The notes under the pieces were generated by a model. That model searched no databases. It had not been told where the DNA came from and worked only from the letters and a program-made list of their open reading frames with translations. A DNA stretch of 64,000 nucleotides from Macrostomum hystrix (taxonomy: Eukaryota > Animalia > Platyhelminthes), in contig CATNEN010000005.1 in NCBI GenBank assembly GCA_950097015.1, forward strand, positions 3,596,001-3,660,000, read 5' to 3'. Made by a program: the position numbers and the translations under genes. Positions 22,866 through 35,325 of this stretch are shown one piece after another (within the stretch, counting starts at the first letter, position 1; the number at the start of each line of letters is the position of its first letter).

Positions 22866-23741
22866 TTTCTTAATATGAGTTTGGATTTTTTCTCTCTATC
22901 CTAAATCAGTCTCTTGAGCACCAATCCTCTATTGTTTTATGATAGACTAGGCCTGTATATACCCTCGACAGAAATATAATGAATTATTAATTGTATTTAC
23001 CTGATCCACACTGTTCAGCTAGACCCGGTTGCTACGCAAATGAATATCCAGTTGTAGCTACGTATAGTGAATAATTAATTTCCAATGATCAAGTCTTAAG
23101 ATCCAGTTTCGACTCATCTTGTATTCGTGTCGCACAAATCCGAGTCTTGTTTCTTGAAAATAATTCATCTTATTAGTATCATTAAATCGACAATATCCAG
23201 TCATCAAACTGATTATCAACATATTTATTTATATTCATCTGTTGAAAACATCCAAGATTAAAACAAATTTGAATCACGGAATCATGAAAGCAGAATTTCA
23301 AGCAGTCATTGAGATGTGAAAGATAATTAAGAAGTTTAATCTAACTGACTAATATATTCTCCTACAGTACTTGTCATGTGACCAGTAGAGCTTAAAAGAA
23401 ATATAAAGAAAGATAATGAATTTGTTTTTAGTTTAAGCAACCCTTCTTCATGTCTTCTGTGTAATCCTTTCCCTCGTTAATCTCTTTCTAGTTTGCATTT
23501 TAATTAAATCGTCAAACAACGCCATTTCACTTTGTAGTTTTAGAATTTTTTTTCACCAGTTGCTAATGAAAATTATATATTTTTTAGGATTCTAAATTTA
23601 GCACCAGTTTTTTTGTTAGTTTGTAAAAAATTTAAAATATATTGCCAGACATAATTAAAAAGCCAATTTAGAAAACTGACTTACGTCATTAATAATACCG
23701 TTTAATCTAATTGAATTTAAAAAAATAAATAGAATGCGATA

Positions 23742-24182
23742 GATGAGACAGGAGAGAGATGATACAGGAGAGAGATGAGACAGAGAGAGATGAGACAGAG
23801 AGAGATGAGACAGAGAGAGATGAGACAAAGAGAGATGAGACAGGAGAGAGATGAGACAGGAGAGAGATGAGACAGGAGAGAGATGAGACAGGAGAGAGAT
23901 GAGACAGGAGAGAGATGAGACAGGAGAGAGATGAGACAGAGAGAGATGAGACAGGAGAGAGATGAGACAGGAGAGAGATGAGACAGGAGAGAGATGAGAC
24001 AGGAGAGAGATGAGACAGGAGAGAGATGAGACAGGAGAGAGATGAGACAGGAGAGAGATGAGACAGAGAGAGATGAGACAGGAGAAAGATGAGACAGGAG
24101 AGAGATGATACAGGAGAGAGATGAGACTGGACAGAGATGAGACAGGAGAATGAGACAGGTGAGAGATAAGACAGTTGAGACA
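23742..24182 (+). repeat. 16/14-bp minisatellite (GAGACAGGAGAGAGAT), GAGACA family
   Basis: Directly visible. Explains ORFs 23655..24281, 23707..24183 and 23717..24208. Confidence 0.95.
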
Positions 24183-24483
24183 ACGCAGGGCCAAGATAGG
24201 CGATTCAAGCATTTTTATCTTGCTTTCGCATGAACAAAGAAGGAGTTGTGAGTTAGAAAGCATTATAAGGTCTTTGATCAACGGATCAAGATCCTGTACT
24301 TACAGTAGAGTAGTGAGAAAATTTTGTGTATAAAATTACGAAAATCGAAGAAATATACAGGGGACAATATCGGAAAACTTGTGGTTTTATTTATAACTGG
24401 ATAATCTTCGAAAATGCCATTTTACTATCTACGATTAACATGGTGTACACTATATTGCTGTTTCCACTTTGCAAATTGTGCAA

Positions 24484-25912
24484 CTCATCCCTGTCTAATC
24501 TCATCCCTCATTCCTGTCTAATCTCATCCATCATTCCTGTCTAATCTCATCCCTCGTTCCTGTCTAATCTCACCGTCATTCCTGTCTAATCTCACCCGTC
24601 ATTCCTGTCTAATTTCATCCTTCATTCCTGTCTAATCTCACCGTCATTCCTGTCTAATCTCATCCCTCATTCCTGTCTAATCTCATCCCTCATTCCTGTC
24701 TAATCTCATCCCTCATTCCTGTCTAATCTCATCCCTCATTCCTGTCTAATCTCATCCCTCATTCCTGTCTAATCTCATCCCTCATTCCTGTCTAATCTCA
24801 TCCCTCATTCCTGTCTAATCTCATCCCTCATTCCTGTCTAATATCATCCCTCATTCCTGTCTAATCTCATCCCTCATTCCTGTCTAATCTCATCCCTCAT
24901 TCCTGTCTAATCTCATCCCTCATTCCTGTCTAATCTCATCCCTCATTCCTGTCTAATCTCATCCCTCATTCCTGTCTAATCTCACCCCTCATTCCTGTCT
25001 AATCTCATCCCTCATTCCTGTCTAATTTCATCCCTCATTCCTGTCTAATCTCATCCCTCATTCCTGTCTAATCTCATCCCTCATTCCTGTCTAATCTCAT
25101 CCCTCATTCCTGTCTAATCTCATCCCTCATTCCTGTCTAATCTCATCCCTCATTCCTGTCTAATCTCATCCCTCATTCCTGTCTAATCTCATCCCTCATT
25201 CCTGTCTAATCTCATCCCTCATTCCTGTCTAATCTCATCCCTCATTCCTGTCTAATCTCATCCCTCATTCCTGTCTAATCTCATCCCTCATTCCTGTCTA
25301 ATCTCATCCCTCATTCCTGTCTAATATCATCCCTCATTCCTGTCTAATCTCATCCCTCATTCCTGTCTAATCTCATCCCTCATTCCTGTCTAATCTCATC
25401 CCTCATTCCTGTCTAATCTCATCCCTCATTCCTGTCTAATTTCATCCCTCATTCCTGTCTAATTTCATCCCTCATTCCTGTCTAATCTCATCCCTCATTC
25501 CTGTCTAATCTCATCCCTCATTCCTGTCTAATCTCATCCCTCATTCCTGTCTAATCTCATCCCTCATTCCTGTCTAATATCATCCCTCATTCCTGTCTAA
25601 TCTCATCCCTCATTCCTGTCTAATCTCATCCCTCATTCCTGTCTAATTTCATCCCTCATTCCTGTCTAATCTCATCCCTCATTCCTGTCTAATCTCATCC
25701 CTCATTCCTGTCTAATCTCATCCCTCATTCCTGTCTAATCTCATCCCTCATTCCTGTCTAATCTCATCCCTCATTCCTGTCTAATCTCATCCTTCATTCC
25801 TGTCTAATCTCATCCCTCATTCCTGTCTAATCTCATCCCTCATTCCTGTCTAATCTCATCCCTCATTCCTGTCTAATCTCATCCCTCATTCCTGTCTAAT
25901 CTCATCCCTGAT
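24484..25912 (+). repeat. 23-bp minisatellite (CCTGTCTAATCTCATCCCTCATT), ~62 copies
   Basis: Directly visible. Confidence 0.97.
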
Positions 25913-26145
25913 TCTGTCCCAGAAATAGAAACACTCAATTAATGATTTGTTTGATATTCATCTTTGATAAAAGCGCTCGTCAGATGTTAATAACTTATAT
26001 TTCTTCGAAAAAAATTACATGGCAACGGAATGTTGAAGTTTTGTAATATCATTAACCGAAATTTTAATGAATCGAAATAACAAGTACTTACCTTTATTTG
26101 AAATGTTACGTCAAATATCAATGATAATTAGGCATGCTTAACCTA

Positions 26146-26529
26146 CTAAAAATAGGTAATGATGAACTCACGAATCTCTATAACGTAGATACTATTTGCC
26201 CAGGTGCCACCGCAGATAATATTAGAGTCTCCTGTACATCTTGAATTGCACACCGCATCAGCCTGACCGTGACTACCGTAGGTGTTACCACAGTAGCATT
26301 GTGATGAGTATTGCAAACCAAAGAATTGATAACTAGCGCAGACTTCGAAGCATAAATCTGGAGATTGCTTGTCGGAAGATGTTACGACGGGCAAGTCACG
26401 GTCAGAAGCGTCTTTGTAACAGCCAAGGTATCGATATTTGTTGCTAAACGTTGATATTAACTGGCCTTTTGAAGAGTAGAACAATATTAGAAGAGTTAGA
26501 ACAAATGCCAATTGCCACAAGCGAAACAT
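26146..26529 (-). CDS. Secreted single WSC-domain protein (127 aa)
   Basis: Signal-peptide-like N-terminus, then YLGCYKD...C...C...FFGLQYSSQCYCGN...C...C.GD....CGG.WANSIY with all 8 WSC cysteines. Minus-strand AATAAA at 26098-93, 48 nt after the stop. A possible donor at 26171 means the 3' end could instead be spliced. Confidence 0.88.
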   Translation of the reverse strand: MFRLWQLAFVLTLLILFYSSKGQLISTFSNKYRYLGCYKDASDRDLPVVTSSDKQSPDLCFEVCASYQFFGLQYSSQCYCGNTYGSHGQADAVCNSRCTGDSNIICGGTWANSIYVIEIREFIITYF

Positions 26530-26693
26530 TGTGTGCTATAGTTATTACAAAAATGCAAAAAAATTTTGTGGAAAGACAAATATATAGCTATCGTTTTAAC
26601 AAATTTCATTGGCTGCTGTAAAACGTTGTCGTTATAGGTCCACTCTGAGATGGACTTTTTATGACAACCAATCTCCTTCCCCTCTCTACCATT

Positions 26694-28775
26694 CATTGAC
26701 ATCTCATAATATCTCCTCGACATGACATAATATCCCCTCGGCATCTCATAATATTCCATCGACATCTCATAATATCCCCTACACATCTCATAATACCCAT
26801 CGACATCTCATAATATCCATCGACATCTCATAATATCTCATCGACATCTCATAATATCCCCTCGGCATCTCATAATATTCCATCGACATCTCATAATATC
26901 CCCTACACATCTCATAATACACATCGACATCTCATAATATCTCATCGACATCTCATAATATCCCCTCGACATCTCATAATATCCCCTACACATCTCATAA
27001 TATCCCCTAAACATCTCAGAATATCCCCTCGACATCTCAGAATATCCCCTACACATCTCAGAATATCCCCTCGACATCTCAGAATATCCCCTACACATCT
27101 CATAATATCCTCTACACATCTCATAATATCCATCGACATCTCATAATATCCCTACACATCTCATAATATCCTCTACACATCTCATAATATCCCCTCGACA
27201 TTTCATAATATCCTCTACACATCTCATAATATCCCCTACACATCTCATAATATCCCCTAAACATCTCAGAATATCCCCTCGACATCTCAGAATATCCCCT
27301 ACACATCTCAGAATATCCCCTCGACATCTCAGAATATCCCCTACACATCTCATAATATCCTCTACACATCTCATAATATCCTCTACACATCTCATAATAT
27401 CCCCTACACGTCTCATAATATCCCCTCGACATCTCATAATATCCTCTACACATCTCATAATATCCCCTACACATCTCATAATATCCCCTACACGTCTCAT
27501 AATATCCCCTCGACATCTCATAATATCCCCTACACGTCTCATAATATCCCCTACACGTCTCATAATATCCCCTCGACATCTCATAATATCCCCTACACAT
27601 CTCATAATATCCCATCGACATCTCATAATATCCCATCGACATCTCATAATATCCCATCGACATCTCATAATATCCCATCGACATCTCATAATATCCCCTA
27701 CACATCTCATAATATCCACTCGACATCTCATAATATCCCCTCGACATCTCATAATATCCCCTACACATCTCATATTATCCCCTACACATCTCATAATATC
27801 CCCTACACATCTCATATTATCCCCTACACATCTCATATTATCCCCTACACATCTCATAATATCCCCTACACATCTCATATTATCCCCTACACATCTCATA
27901 TTATCCCCTACACATCTCATAATATCCCCTACACATTTTATAATATCCCCTACACATTTTATAATATCCATTGACATCTCATAATATCCCATCGACATCT
28001 CATAATATCCCCTACACATCTCATAATATCCCCTACACATCTCATATTATCCCCTACACATCTCATATTATCCCCTACACATCTCATAATATCCCCTACA
28101 CATTTTATAATATCCCCTACACATTTTATAATATCCATTGACATCTCATAATATCCCCTCGACATCTCATAATATCCCCTACACATCTCATAATATCCCA
28201 TCGACATCTCATAATATCCCATCGACATCTCATAATATCCCATCGACATCTCATAATATCCCATCGACATCTCATAATATCCCCTACACATCTCATAATA
28301 TCCACTCGATATCTCATAATATCCCCTCGACATCTCATAATATCCCATCGACATCTCATAATATCCCATCGACATCTCATAATATCCCATCGACATCTCA
28401 TATTATCCCCTACACATCTCCTAATATCCCCTACACATCTCATAATATCCCCTCGACATCTCATAATATCCCCTACACATCTCATAATATCCCCTACACA
28501 TCTCATAATATCCCCTACACATCTCATATTATCCCCTACACATCTCATATTATCCCCTACACATCTCATAATATCCCCTACACATCTCATATTATCCCCT
28601 ACACATCTCATATTATCCCCTACACATCTCATATTATCCCCTACACATCTCATAATATCCCCTACACATCTCATAATATCCCCTACACATCTCATATTAT
28701 CCCCTACACATCTCATAATATCCCCTACACATTTTATAATATCCATTGACATCTCATAATATTCCCTTGACATCC
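26694..28775 (+). repeat. 20-22-bp heterogeneous minisatellite (ACATCTCATAATATCCCCTAC / ...CCCATCG), ~100 copies
   Basis: Directly visible. Explains the MCRGYYE / CVGDIMR / TSHNIPY ORFs. Confidence 0.96.
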
Positions 28776-29230
28776 CATGATATCATGAAGAACAAATAAA
28801 ACAAGCACCTCCCCTTCTGAGCATCCAGCCACAACAATACTATCTGAGTCTTCAATGCAGTTTGCTGACAGAGAGCTTCTCAATTTTCATTATACACAAA
28901 GTGAACAGACACTACTAAATCTGCTGAGTGTGAATAGTCCTTACCGTTAGGATTTGGCAAATAAACCTACATCGAAATGTATTCGATTTCATAAATGTTA
29001 AACAAAACCACAGGGTTTAGAGCTCTAGCGGTATGGTTTCTATAAAGTTTAAAAGTCAGATGGGATATTGCGTGAATAATTATTGAAAATGAATTTGCAC
29101 TTTTATATTAAACACACCGTAGAATCCACTGGAACAACTGTATGGGTCCTTTTGTGGGACAAAATCTTTGCATTGCTTCAGTTCAAATAGTTCACATATT
29201 TTTACATTAATTATGTATGGCTAACACCTT

Positions 29231-29592
29231 GGGGGTCAGTGGCAGAGCGGTTAACGCGTTTGCCTCTCATACCAAGGACCCGGAGCTCGATTCCGCGGCG
29301 AGGCCACATTTATTTTGTGGCGCAGTTGCGGAGAGAAGACTTGGTGTCTCTTCGTGCAATTTACGCGCCCTTAAGGGCCAACCTCAAAGGCACAGTGAGA
29401 GTGTACACTGCCTGACGATGGGAAAGTCAGGGCAGATTAGTGTGTGCCTGCGTACAGTAGCTGTGCGCGTGCATGTTTGCTCAGAAGTCAGCGAAATGGG
29501 CCGAATTGCCTCCTCGCTGGCTGCGGGTCAAGTGTGGTGTCACCAAATGATGTGCCATTGCCCGCCGCCCTCCTGCAATTAGTATTGATTGA
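29231..29592 (+). mobile_element. tRNA-derived SINE (same family as 10349-10739)
   Basis: GGGGGTCAGTGGCAGAGCGGTTAACGCG...GCTCGATTCC head. Body colinear with the minus-strand copy (AATTTACGCGCCC...GGGCCAACCTC...GTACACTGCCTGACGATG...GAATTGCCTCCTCGCTGGCTGCGGGTC...CCTGCAATTA). Confidence 0.85.
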
Positions 29593-30282
29593 TTTTGATA
29601 TGTATTTTTGATGCCATTTAAAGACACATTAAAAAAGAATTGGGGTTAATACCACGACTGCTACTGGAAGATACACTAAAGCTAAAGGGGTCTAAAAACG
29701 GCCACTATAAGGAATATAGTGCAAGAATAGTCTTACTGCAGTACTACTTGTGTGTACATAGCCGAGCATCTTTTTCGTCGTCTCCAGCTCGTCTCTGCGA
29801 GACACGCAGATATCCGGCAAGAGATTAATGTAACAGGTGAATTGAGCTATATATGCATTTGTAGGATAAGTATGGAAGAAAATTGGCAGGAAAAATATAA
29901 TAGACTGTATACTATGAATGCAGACTGAAAGTATATATTAGGCAACGGAAGTCGTGCCTAAAACGATGGAAAATGTTGGACACAGTTAGCAAAACCACCG
30001 ACGGGATAAGGGCAATGTAAATGAGGCACTAACAGTGGATGAGAACAGTGGATGAGAGCTTGACTTTAAGGAAAATGATATTGAAAGGTTTTTTCCAGGC
30101 ACATCTATATATACTCGAGCTAGAAGAATTCTGGAAATTTAAAGTCGTTAGAGCTGCCTTTTATTAAGAGCCTTCAATCCTGTTGAGTACTCAACAGCGT
30201 GTTGAGTACACTCATTCTAAGAGAAGCTTCCAGAACTCACACAGTCTTCATCTATATATCTGCTGTTCCACACAATTGTCGC

Positions 30283-33200
30283 TACAGATCGAACGTTAAA
30301 CCAACGAAATTACAGATTGAGCGTTAAACCAACGAAATTACAGATTGAGCGTTAAACCAACGAAATTACAGATCGAACGTTAAACCAACGAAATTACAGA
30401 TTGAGCGTTAAACCAACGAAATTACAGATTGAGCGTTAAACCAACGAAATTACAGATTGAGCGTTAAACCAACGAAATTACAGATTGAGCGTTAAACCAA
30501 CGAAATTACAGATTGAGCGTTAAACCAACGTAATTACAGATTGAGCGTTAAACCAACGTAATTACAGATTGAGCGTTAAACCAACGAAATTACAGATTGA
30601 GCGTTAAACCAACGTAACTACAGATTGAGCGTTAAACCAACGTAATTACAGATTGAGTGTTAAACCAACGAAATTACAGATTGAGCGTTAAACCAACGAA
30701 ATTACAGATTGAGTGTTAAACCAACGTAATTACAGATTGAGCGTTAAACCAACGAAACTACAGATTGAGCGTTAAACCAACGTAATTACAGATTGAGCGT
30801 TAAACCAACGAAATTACAGATTGAGCGTTAAACCAACGAAATTACAGATTGAGCGTTAAACCAACGAAACTACAGATTGAGCGTTAAACCAACGTAATTA
30901 CAGATTGAGCGTTAAACCAACGAAATTACAGATTGAGCGTTAAACCAACGAAATTACAGATTGAGCGTTAAACCAACGTAATTACAGATTGAGTGTTAAA
31001 CCAACGTAATTACAGATTGAGCGTTAAACCAACGAAACTACAGATTGAGCGTTAAACCAACGTAATTACAGATTGAGCGTTAAACCAACGTAATTACAGA
31101 TTGAGCGTTAAACCAACGTAATTACAGATTGAGCGTTAAACCAACGAAATTACAGATTGAGCGTTAAACCAACGTAATTACAGATTGAGCGTTAAACCAA
31201 CGAAATTACAGATTGAGCGTTAAACCAACGAAAGTACAGATTGAGCGTTAAACCAACGAAATTACAGATTGAGCGTTAAACCAACGAAATTACAGATTGA
31301 GCGTTAAACCAACGTAATTACAGATTGAGCGTTAAACCAACGTAATTACAGATTGAGCGTTAAACCAACGTAACTACAGATTGAGCGTTAAACCAACGTA
31401 ATTACAGATTGAGCGTTAAACCAACGAAATTACAGATTGAGCGTTAAACCAACGAAACTACAGATTGAGCGTTAAACCAACGAAATTACAGATTGAGCGT
31501 TAAACCAACGAAATTACAGATTGAGCGTTAAACCAACGTAATTACAGATTGAGCGTTAAACCAACGTAATTACAGATTGAGCGTTAAACCAACGTAATTA
31601 CAGATTGAGCGATAAACCAACGTAATTACAGATTGAGCGTTAAACCAACGAAATTACAGATTGAGCGTTAAACCAACGTAATTACAGATTGAGCGTTAAA
31701 CCAACGTAATTACAGATTGAGCGATAAACCAACGTAATTACAGATTGAGCGTTAAACCAACGAAATTACAGATTGAGCGTTAAACCAACGAAATTACAGA
31801 TTGAGCGTTAAACCAACGAAATTACAGATTGAGCGTTAAACCAACGAAATTACAGATTGAGCGTTAAACCAACGTAATTACAGATTGAGCGTTAAACCAA
31901 CGTAACTACAGATTGAGCGATAAACCAACGAAATTACAGATTGAGCGTTAAAACAACGTAATTACAGATTGAGCGTTAAAACAACGTAATTACAGATTGA
32001 GCGTTAAACCAACGTAATTACAGATTGAGTGTTAAACCAACGAAATTACAGATTGAGCGTTAAACCAACGAAATTACAGATTGAGTGTTAAACCACCGTA
32101 ATTACAGATTGAGCGTTAAACCAAAGAAATTACAGATTGAGCGTTAAACCAACGTAATTACAGATTGAGTGTTAAACCAACGAAATTACAGATTGAGCGT
32201 TAAACCAACGAAATTACAGATTGAGTGTTAAACCACCGTAATTACAGATTGAGCGTTAAACCAACGTAATTACAGATTGAGCGATAAACCAACGAAACTA
32301 CAGATCGAGCGATAAACCAACGAAATTACAGATTGAGCGTTAAACCAACGTAACTACAGATCGAGCGTTAAACCAACGTAACTACAGATTGAGCGTTAAA
32401 CCAACGAAATTACAGATTGAGCGATAAACCAACGTAATTACAGATCGAGCGTTAAACCAACGTAATTACAGATTGAGTGTTAAACCAACGAAATTACAGA
32501 TTGAGCGTTAAACCAACGTAATTACAGATTGAGCGTTAAACCAACGAAATTACAGATTGAGCGTTAAACCAACGTAATTACAGATTGAGCGTTAAACCAA
32601 CGAAATTACAGATTGAGCGTTAAACCAACGTAATTACAGATTGAGTGTTAAACCAACGTAATTACAGATTGAGCGTTAAACCAACGTAATTACAGATTGA
32701 GCGTTAAACCAACGAAATTACAGATTGAGCGTTAAACCAACGTAATTACAGATTGAGCGTTAAACCAACGAAATTACAGATTGAGCGTTAAACCAACGTA
32801 ATTACAGATCGAGCGTTAAACCAACGTAATTACAGATTGAGTGTTAAACCAACGAAATTACAGATTGAGCGTTAAACCAACGTAATTACAGATTGAGCGT
32901 TAAACCAACGAAATTACAGATTGAGCGTTAAACCAACGTAATTACAGATTGAGCGTTAAACCAACGAAATTACAGATTGAGCGTTAAACCAATGTAATTA
33001 CAGATTGAGTGTTAAACCAACGTAATTACAGATTGAGTGTTAAACCAACGTAACTACAGATTGAGCGTTAAACCAACGAAATTTCAGATTGAGCGTTAAA
33101 CCAACGTAATTACAGATTGAGCGTTAAACCAACGAAATTTCAGATTTAGCGTTAAACCAACGAAATTTCAGATTGAGCGTTAAACCAACGAAATTTCAGA

Positions 33201-33319
33201 TTGAGCGTTAAACCAACGAAATTACAGATTGAGCGTTAAACCAACGTAATTACAGATTGAGCGTTAAACCAACGTAATTACAGATTGAGCGTTAAACCAA
33301 CGTAACTACAGATTTAGCG
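30283..33319 (+). repeat. 28-bp minisatellite (GATTGAGCGTTAAACCAACGWAATTACA), ~108 copies
   Basis: Directly visible, head-to-tail with no spacers. Confidence 0.97.
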
Positions 33320-34039
33320 CCTTCAATTTGCCTTCAATTTGCTGAAATGGGCTACCTCCGGAAATGATTTATTATTGCATCTGCGCATCACGCAATGCTA
33401 TTGAGACTATTGAGGCGCTCAGTCACGTACTGAGAGCCCACACACATTGAGAAATCTCATTTTCTTATCTTCTTCTGCTCATATTCTGCAATCAGACCGT
33501 GCGAAAACAATTTTTTACAGCTGCATCGTAAACATTTCACATCGTTCTGCATGCTTACACAGATACGCCCAGAACCTGTAATCCCTTCTTTGAATACAGT
33601 CGCTTGTACTCAATCGACAATTTGCATTATTTAGAAGGTAATTTAATGATATTAATAACATTAATAATCTTAAGTACTTAAGTACTTGTACTTGAGACAA
33701 ACATCACTATGGGACGGATTACTCAAAGGGATGAGATAGAGATCTATGAGATAGATCCCATAGATTTACCTGTCTCATCCAAATGAAGTTTAGTTTATTT
33801 TATGTCACTATGCTCTGAATCGAAACGCAGATTTCTTTGTATTCTTATTATTTTCTAGTCACATTAAATATGAAAACCTTTATGGCATTATAAAATAGTT
33901 TTCTATGTAAAAATTTGTGTTGTCGTATAATACAATGTCTAGTTGTCGCAGGGTATGACTAGTTCACACTGTGTGAGCCATGCTAGACATTGAATGTAGA
34001 TATTGAATGTAATTGACATTGAAGCATTTACCTAGAAGT

Positions 34040-34120
34040 CACATTCATTTGGGGCCCAGCCGCGGAAGGCTGGGTGGCTTGACGTTCACAATTTACGCGC
34101 TTGAGGGCCAACCTCTAAAG
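34040..34120 (+). mobile_element. Partial SINE sharing the central domain of the 10.5/29.3 kb family
   Basis: CACATTCATTTGGGGCCCAGCCGCGGAAGGC...CAATTTACGCGCTTGAGGGCCAACCTC matches the family core. The sequence downstream diverges. Confidence 0.6.
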
Positions 34121-34616
34121 CTCAGCGAACATGCACACCAAATGATGGGTCTGTGTGAGTCGAGAAGGCTTGCTTCCTTGCAGCCAGTCAAAAACCGTCA
34201 TTTTCCATACCTACAGTACTACAAATAGCAAAATACAAGGATTTAATTAGACTAGTCAGGCAGTGATGATTTACTAACATACAAGCATTGGTGGTCATTG
34301 TATGTACCTGCCGTGCTCTACACTGAATATACTGCAGTCGTTAAAAATTAAATGTCTGTGATTTTGTGATATCTGTAACAATTCTGAAATGAAAACATCA
34401 GCTGCAGTGTCCGGAAGTTTTCAATTGTTTCGCCGAAATTGCTTGATTTAATATTCGAGCTGAAATTGGCAGATAGTTTAATAAATATTCAAGCATTCAT
34501 GGAAATTGCATCAAGCTAAACATTCTGGTGGATATAAATTCGTGTGAGGTACAGTTCACCTAGAATTCATTTCAATTGTTAATGTTCTTTTTCATAGGCA
34601 GAACATCTACTGAGTC

Positions 34617-34695
34617 ATGGCTGCAGCCCAGGAATGCATTTTGCTGGCAGCAGCGGCCCTCCTAGCTGGACTGTGTGCGGCTGACAGCAATCAGT
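34617..34695 (+). CDS. Lectin-Ig membrane protein, exon 1 (signal peptide)
   Basis: MAAAQECILLAAAALLAGLCAADSNQ. Acceptor ttcatAG at 34596-97 upstream, donor T|gtgagt at 34696 (phase 1). Confidence 0.75.
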
Positions 34696-34786
34696 GTGAG
34701 TTGCAGTCCATGGACATTCTTGTTCGAATGAGAATCGGTCAGTATGTCGTCCACTTCAATTGATTCTAAACTAATTTTCGTTTCAG

Positions 34787-35171
34787 GCACTCTCAACATC
34801 ACCAAAGATTCCATCGCTGACTCGTGGCAGTCGTCCAGCTATATTGAAAACCATCAGACACCACTGTGCTTTAAAAACCAGTCCACAGAGACAGAATCCA
34901 AAAATTTCTACAGATTCTTCCACTCGAAAGTCAGTAAGAATGACGCAGATGCAGGCTATCACTGGTTTGTGATCAAACTGAAGAGGCCTGAGCTGATCAG
35001 CTCTGTGGGCATCAGTGCCAGGTCTTTGACTTACTTTGACTTAGCGGCAGGGGGCCTCCATGACGGACGCAGCGAGGAGGCGGCTGGTGCCGCCCATATC
35101 GCTAACCCTTGGCAGCCAGACGGCCTCCAGCGAGGCGGTGCCGCTCAGGGTGGTCCGTCGGTCAGTGCCAG
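34787..35171 (+). CDS. Lectin-Ig membrane protein, exon 2 (F-type lectin/discoidin-like, N-half); 3' end ambiguous (35021, 35171 or 35176)
   Basis: Phase-1 acceptor cgtttcAG. C...CF...FFHSK...HWFVIKLKRPELISSVGISAR resembles the PWWxVDL...IxxVxIxNR pattern of FTP/F5-8 domains. Confidence 0.65.
35025..35161 (-). mobile_element. 5'-truncated non-LTR retroelement fragment (RTE-like 3' end) with 13-bp TSD
   Basis: TCAGTGCCAGGTC is repeated exactly at 35012-24 and 35162-74. The GC-rich insert reads on the minus strand ...SRLLAASVMEAPCR* immediately followed by a TAAGTCAAAGTAAGTCAAA tail. Confidence 0.7.
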
Positions 35172-35325
35172 GTCAGGTGAGCGATTCAGTTAATTTACAA
35201 TCAAGAGGTACTGAATACCTGCTCCTAACGATTCTCTTCAAGCTCTTGTTTGCAGCTCAAAATAAATAACTAATTGACATTGTAGAAGCAATGGAAGTTC
35301 CCATCGCTAAAATAATTAGCTTCAG

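Noticed and set aside
22476-22904. Plus-strand 142-aa ORF and other antisense ORFs (5092..5514, 12785..13117, 13524..13817, 17659..18090, 37786..37986)
   Set aside because: They are shadows of real genes on the opposite strand or frame, with no recognisable motifs.
22904-26172. WSC exon spliced to the Sel1 gene as one WSC-TM-Sel1 protein
   Set aside because: The only candidate bridging exon I found (~23001-23057, minus) has stops in all three frames, and the WSC ORF has its own stop and AATAAA. That exon is more plausibly 5' UTR of the Sel1 gene.
14729-28773. GWDNI, SHLSRVS, MCRGYYE, CVGDIMR, TSHNIPY and QTDRR repeat ORFs
   Set aside because: Each coincides exactly with a minisatellite and is open in several frames. 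There is no evidence of coding constraint.
30181-30196. 16-bp perfect palindrome TGTTGAGTACTCAACA
   Set aside because: Isolated, with no TSD or second arm defining an element. Could be chance or local duplication.
30283-33319. CRISPR array (28-bp repeat; also considered for the 33-, 23- and 22-bp arrays)
   Set aside because: Units are directly adjacent with no unique spacers, there are no cas genes, and the context is eukaryotic.
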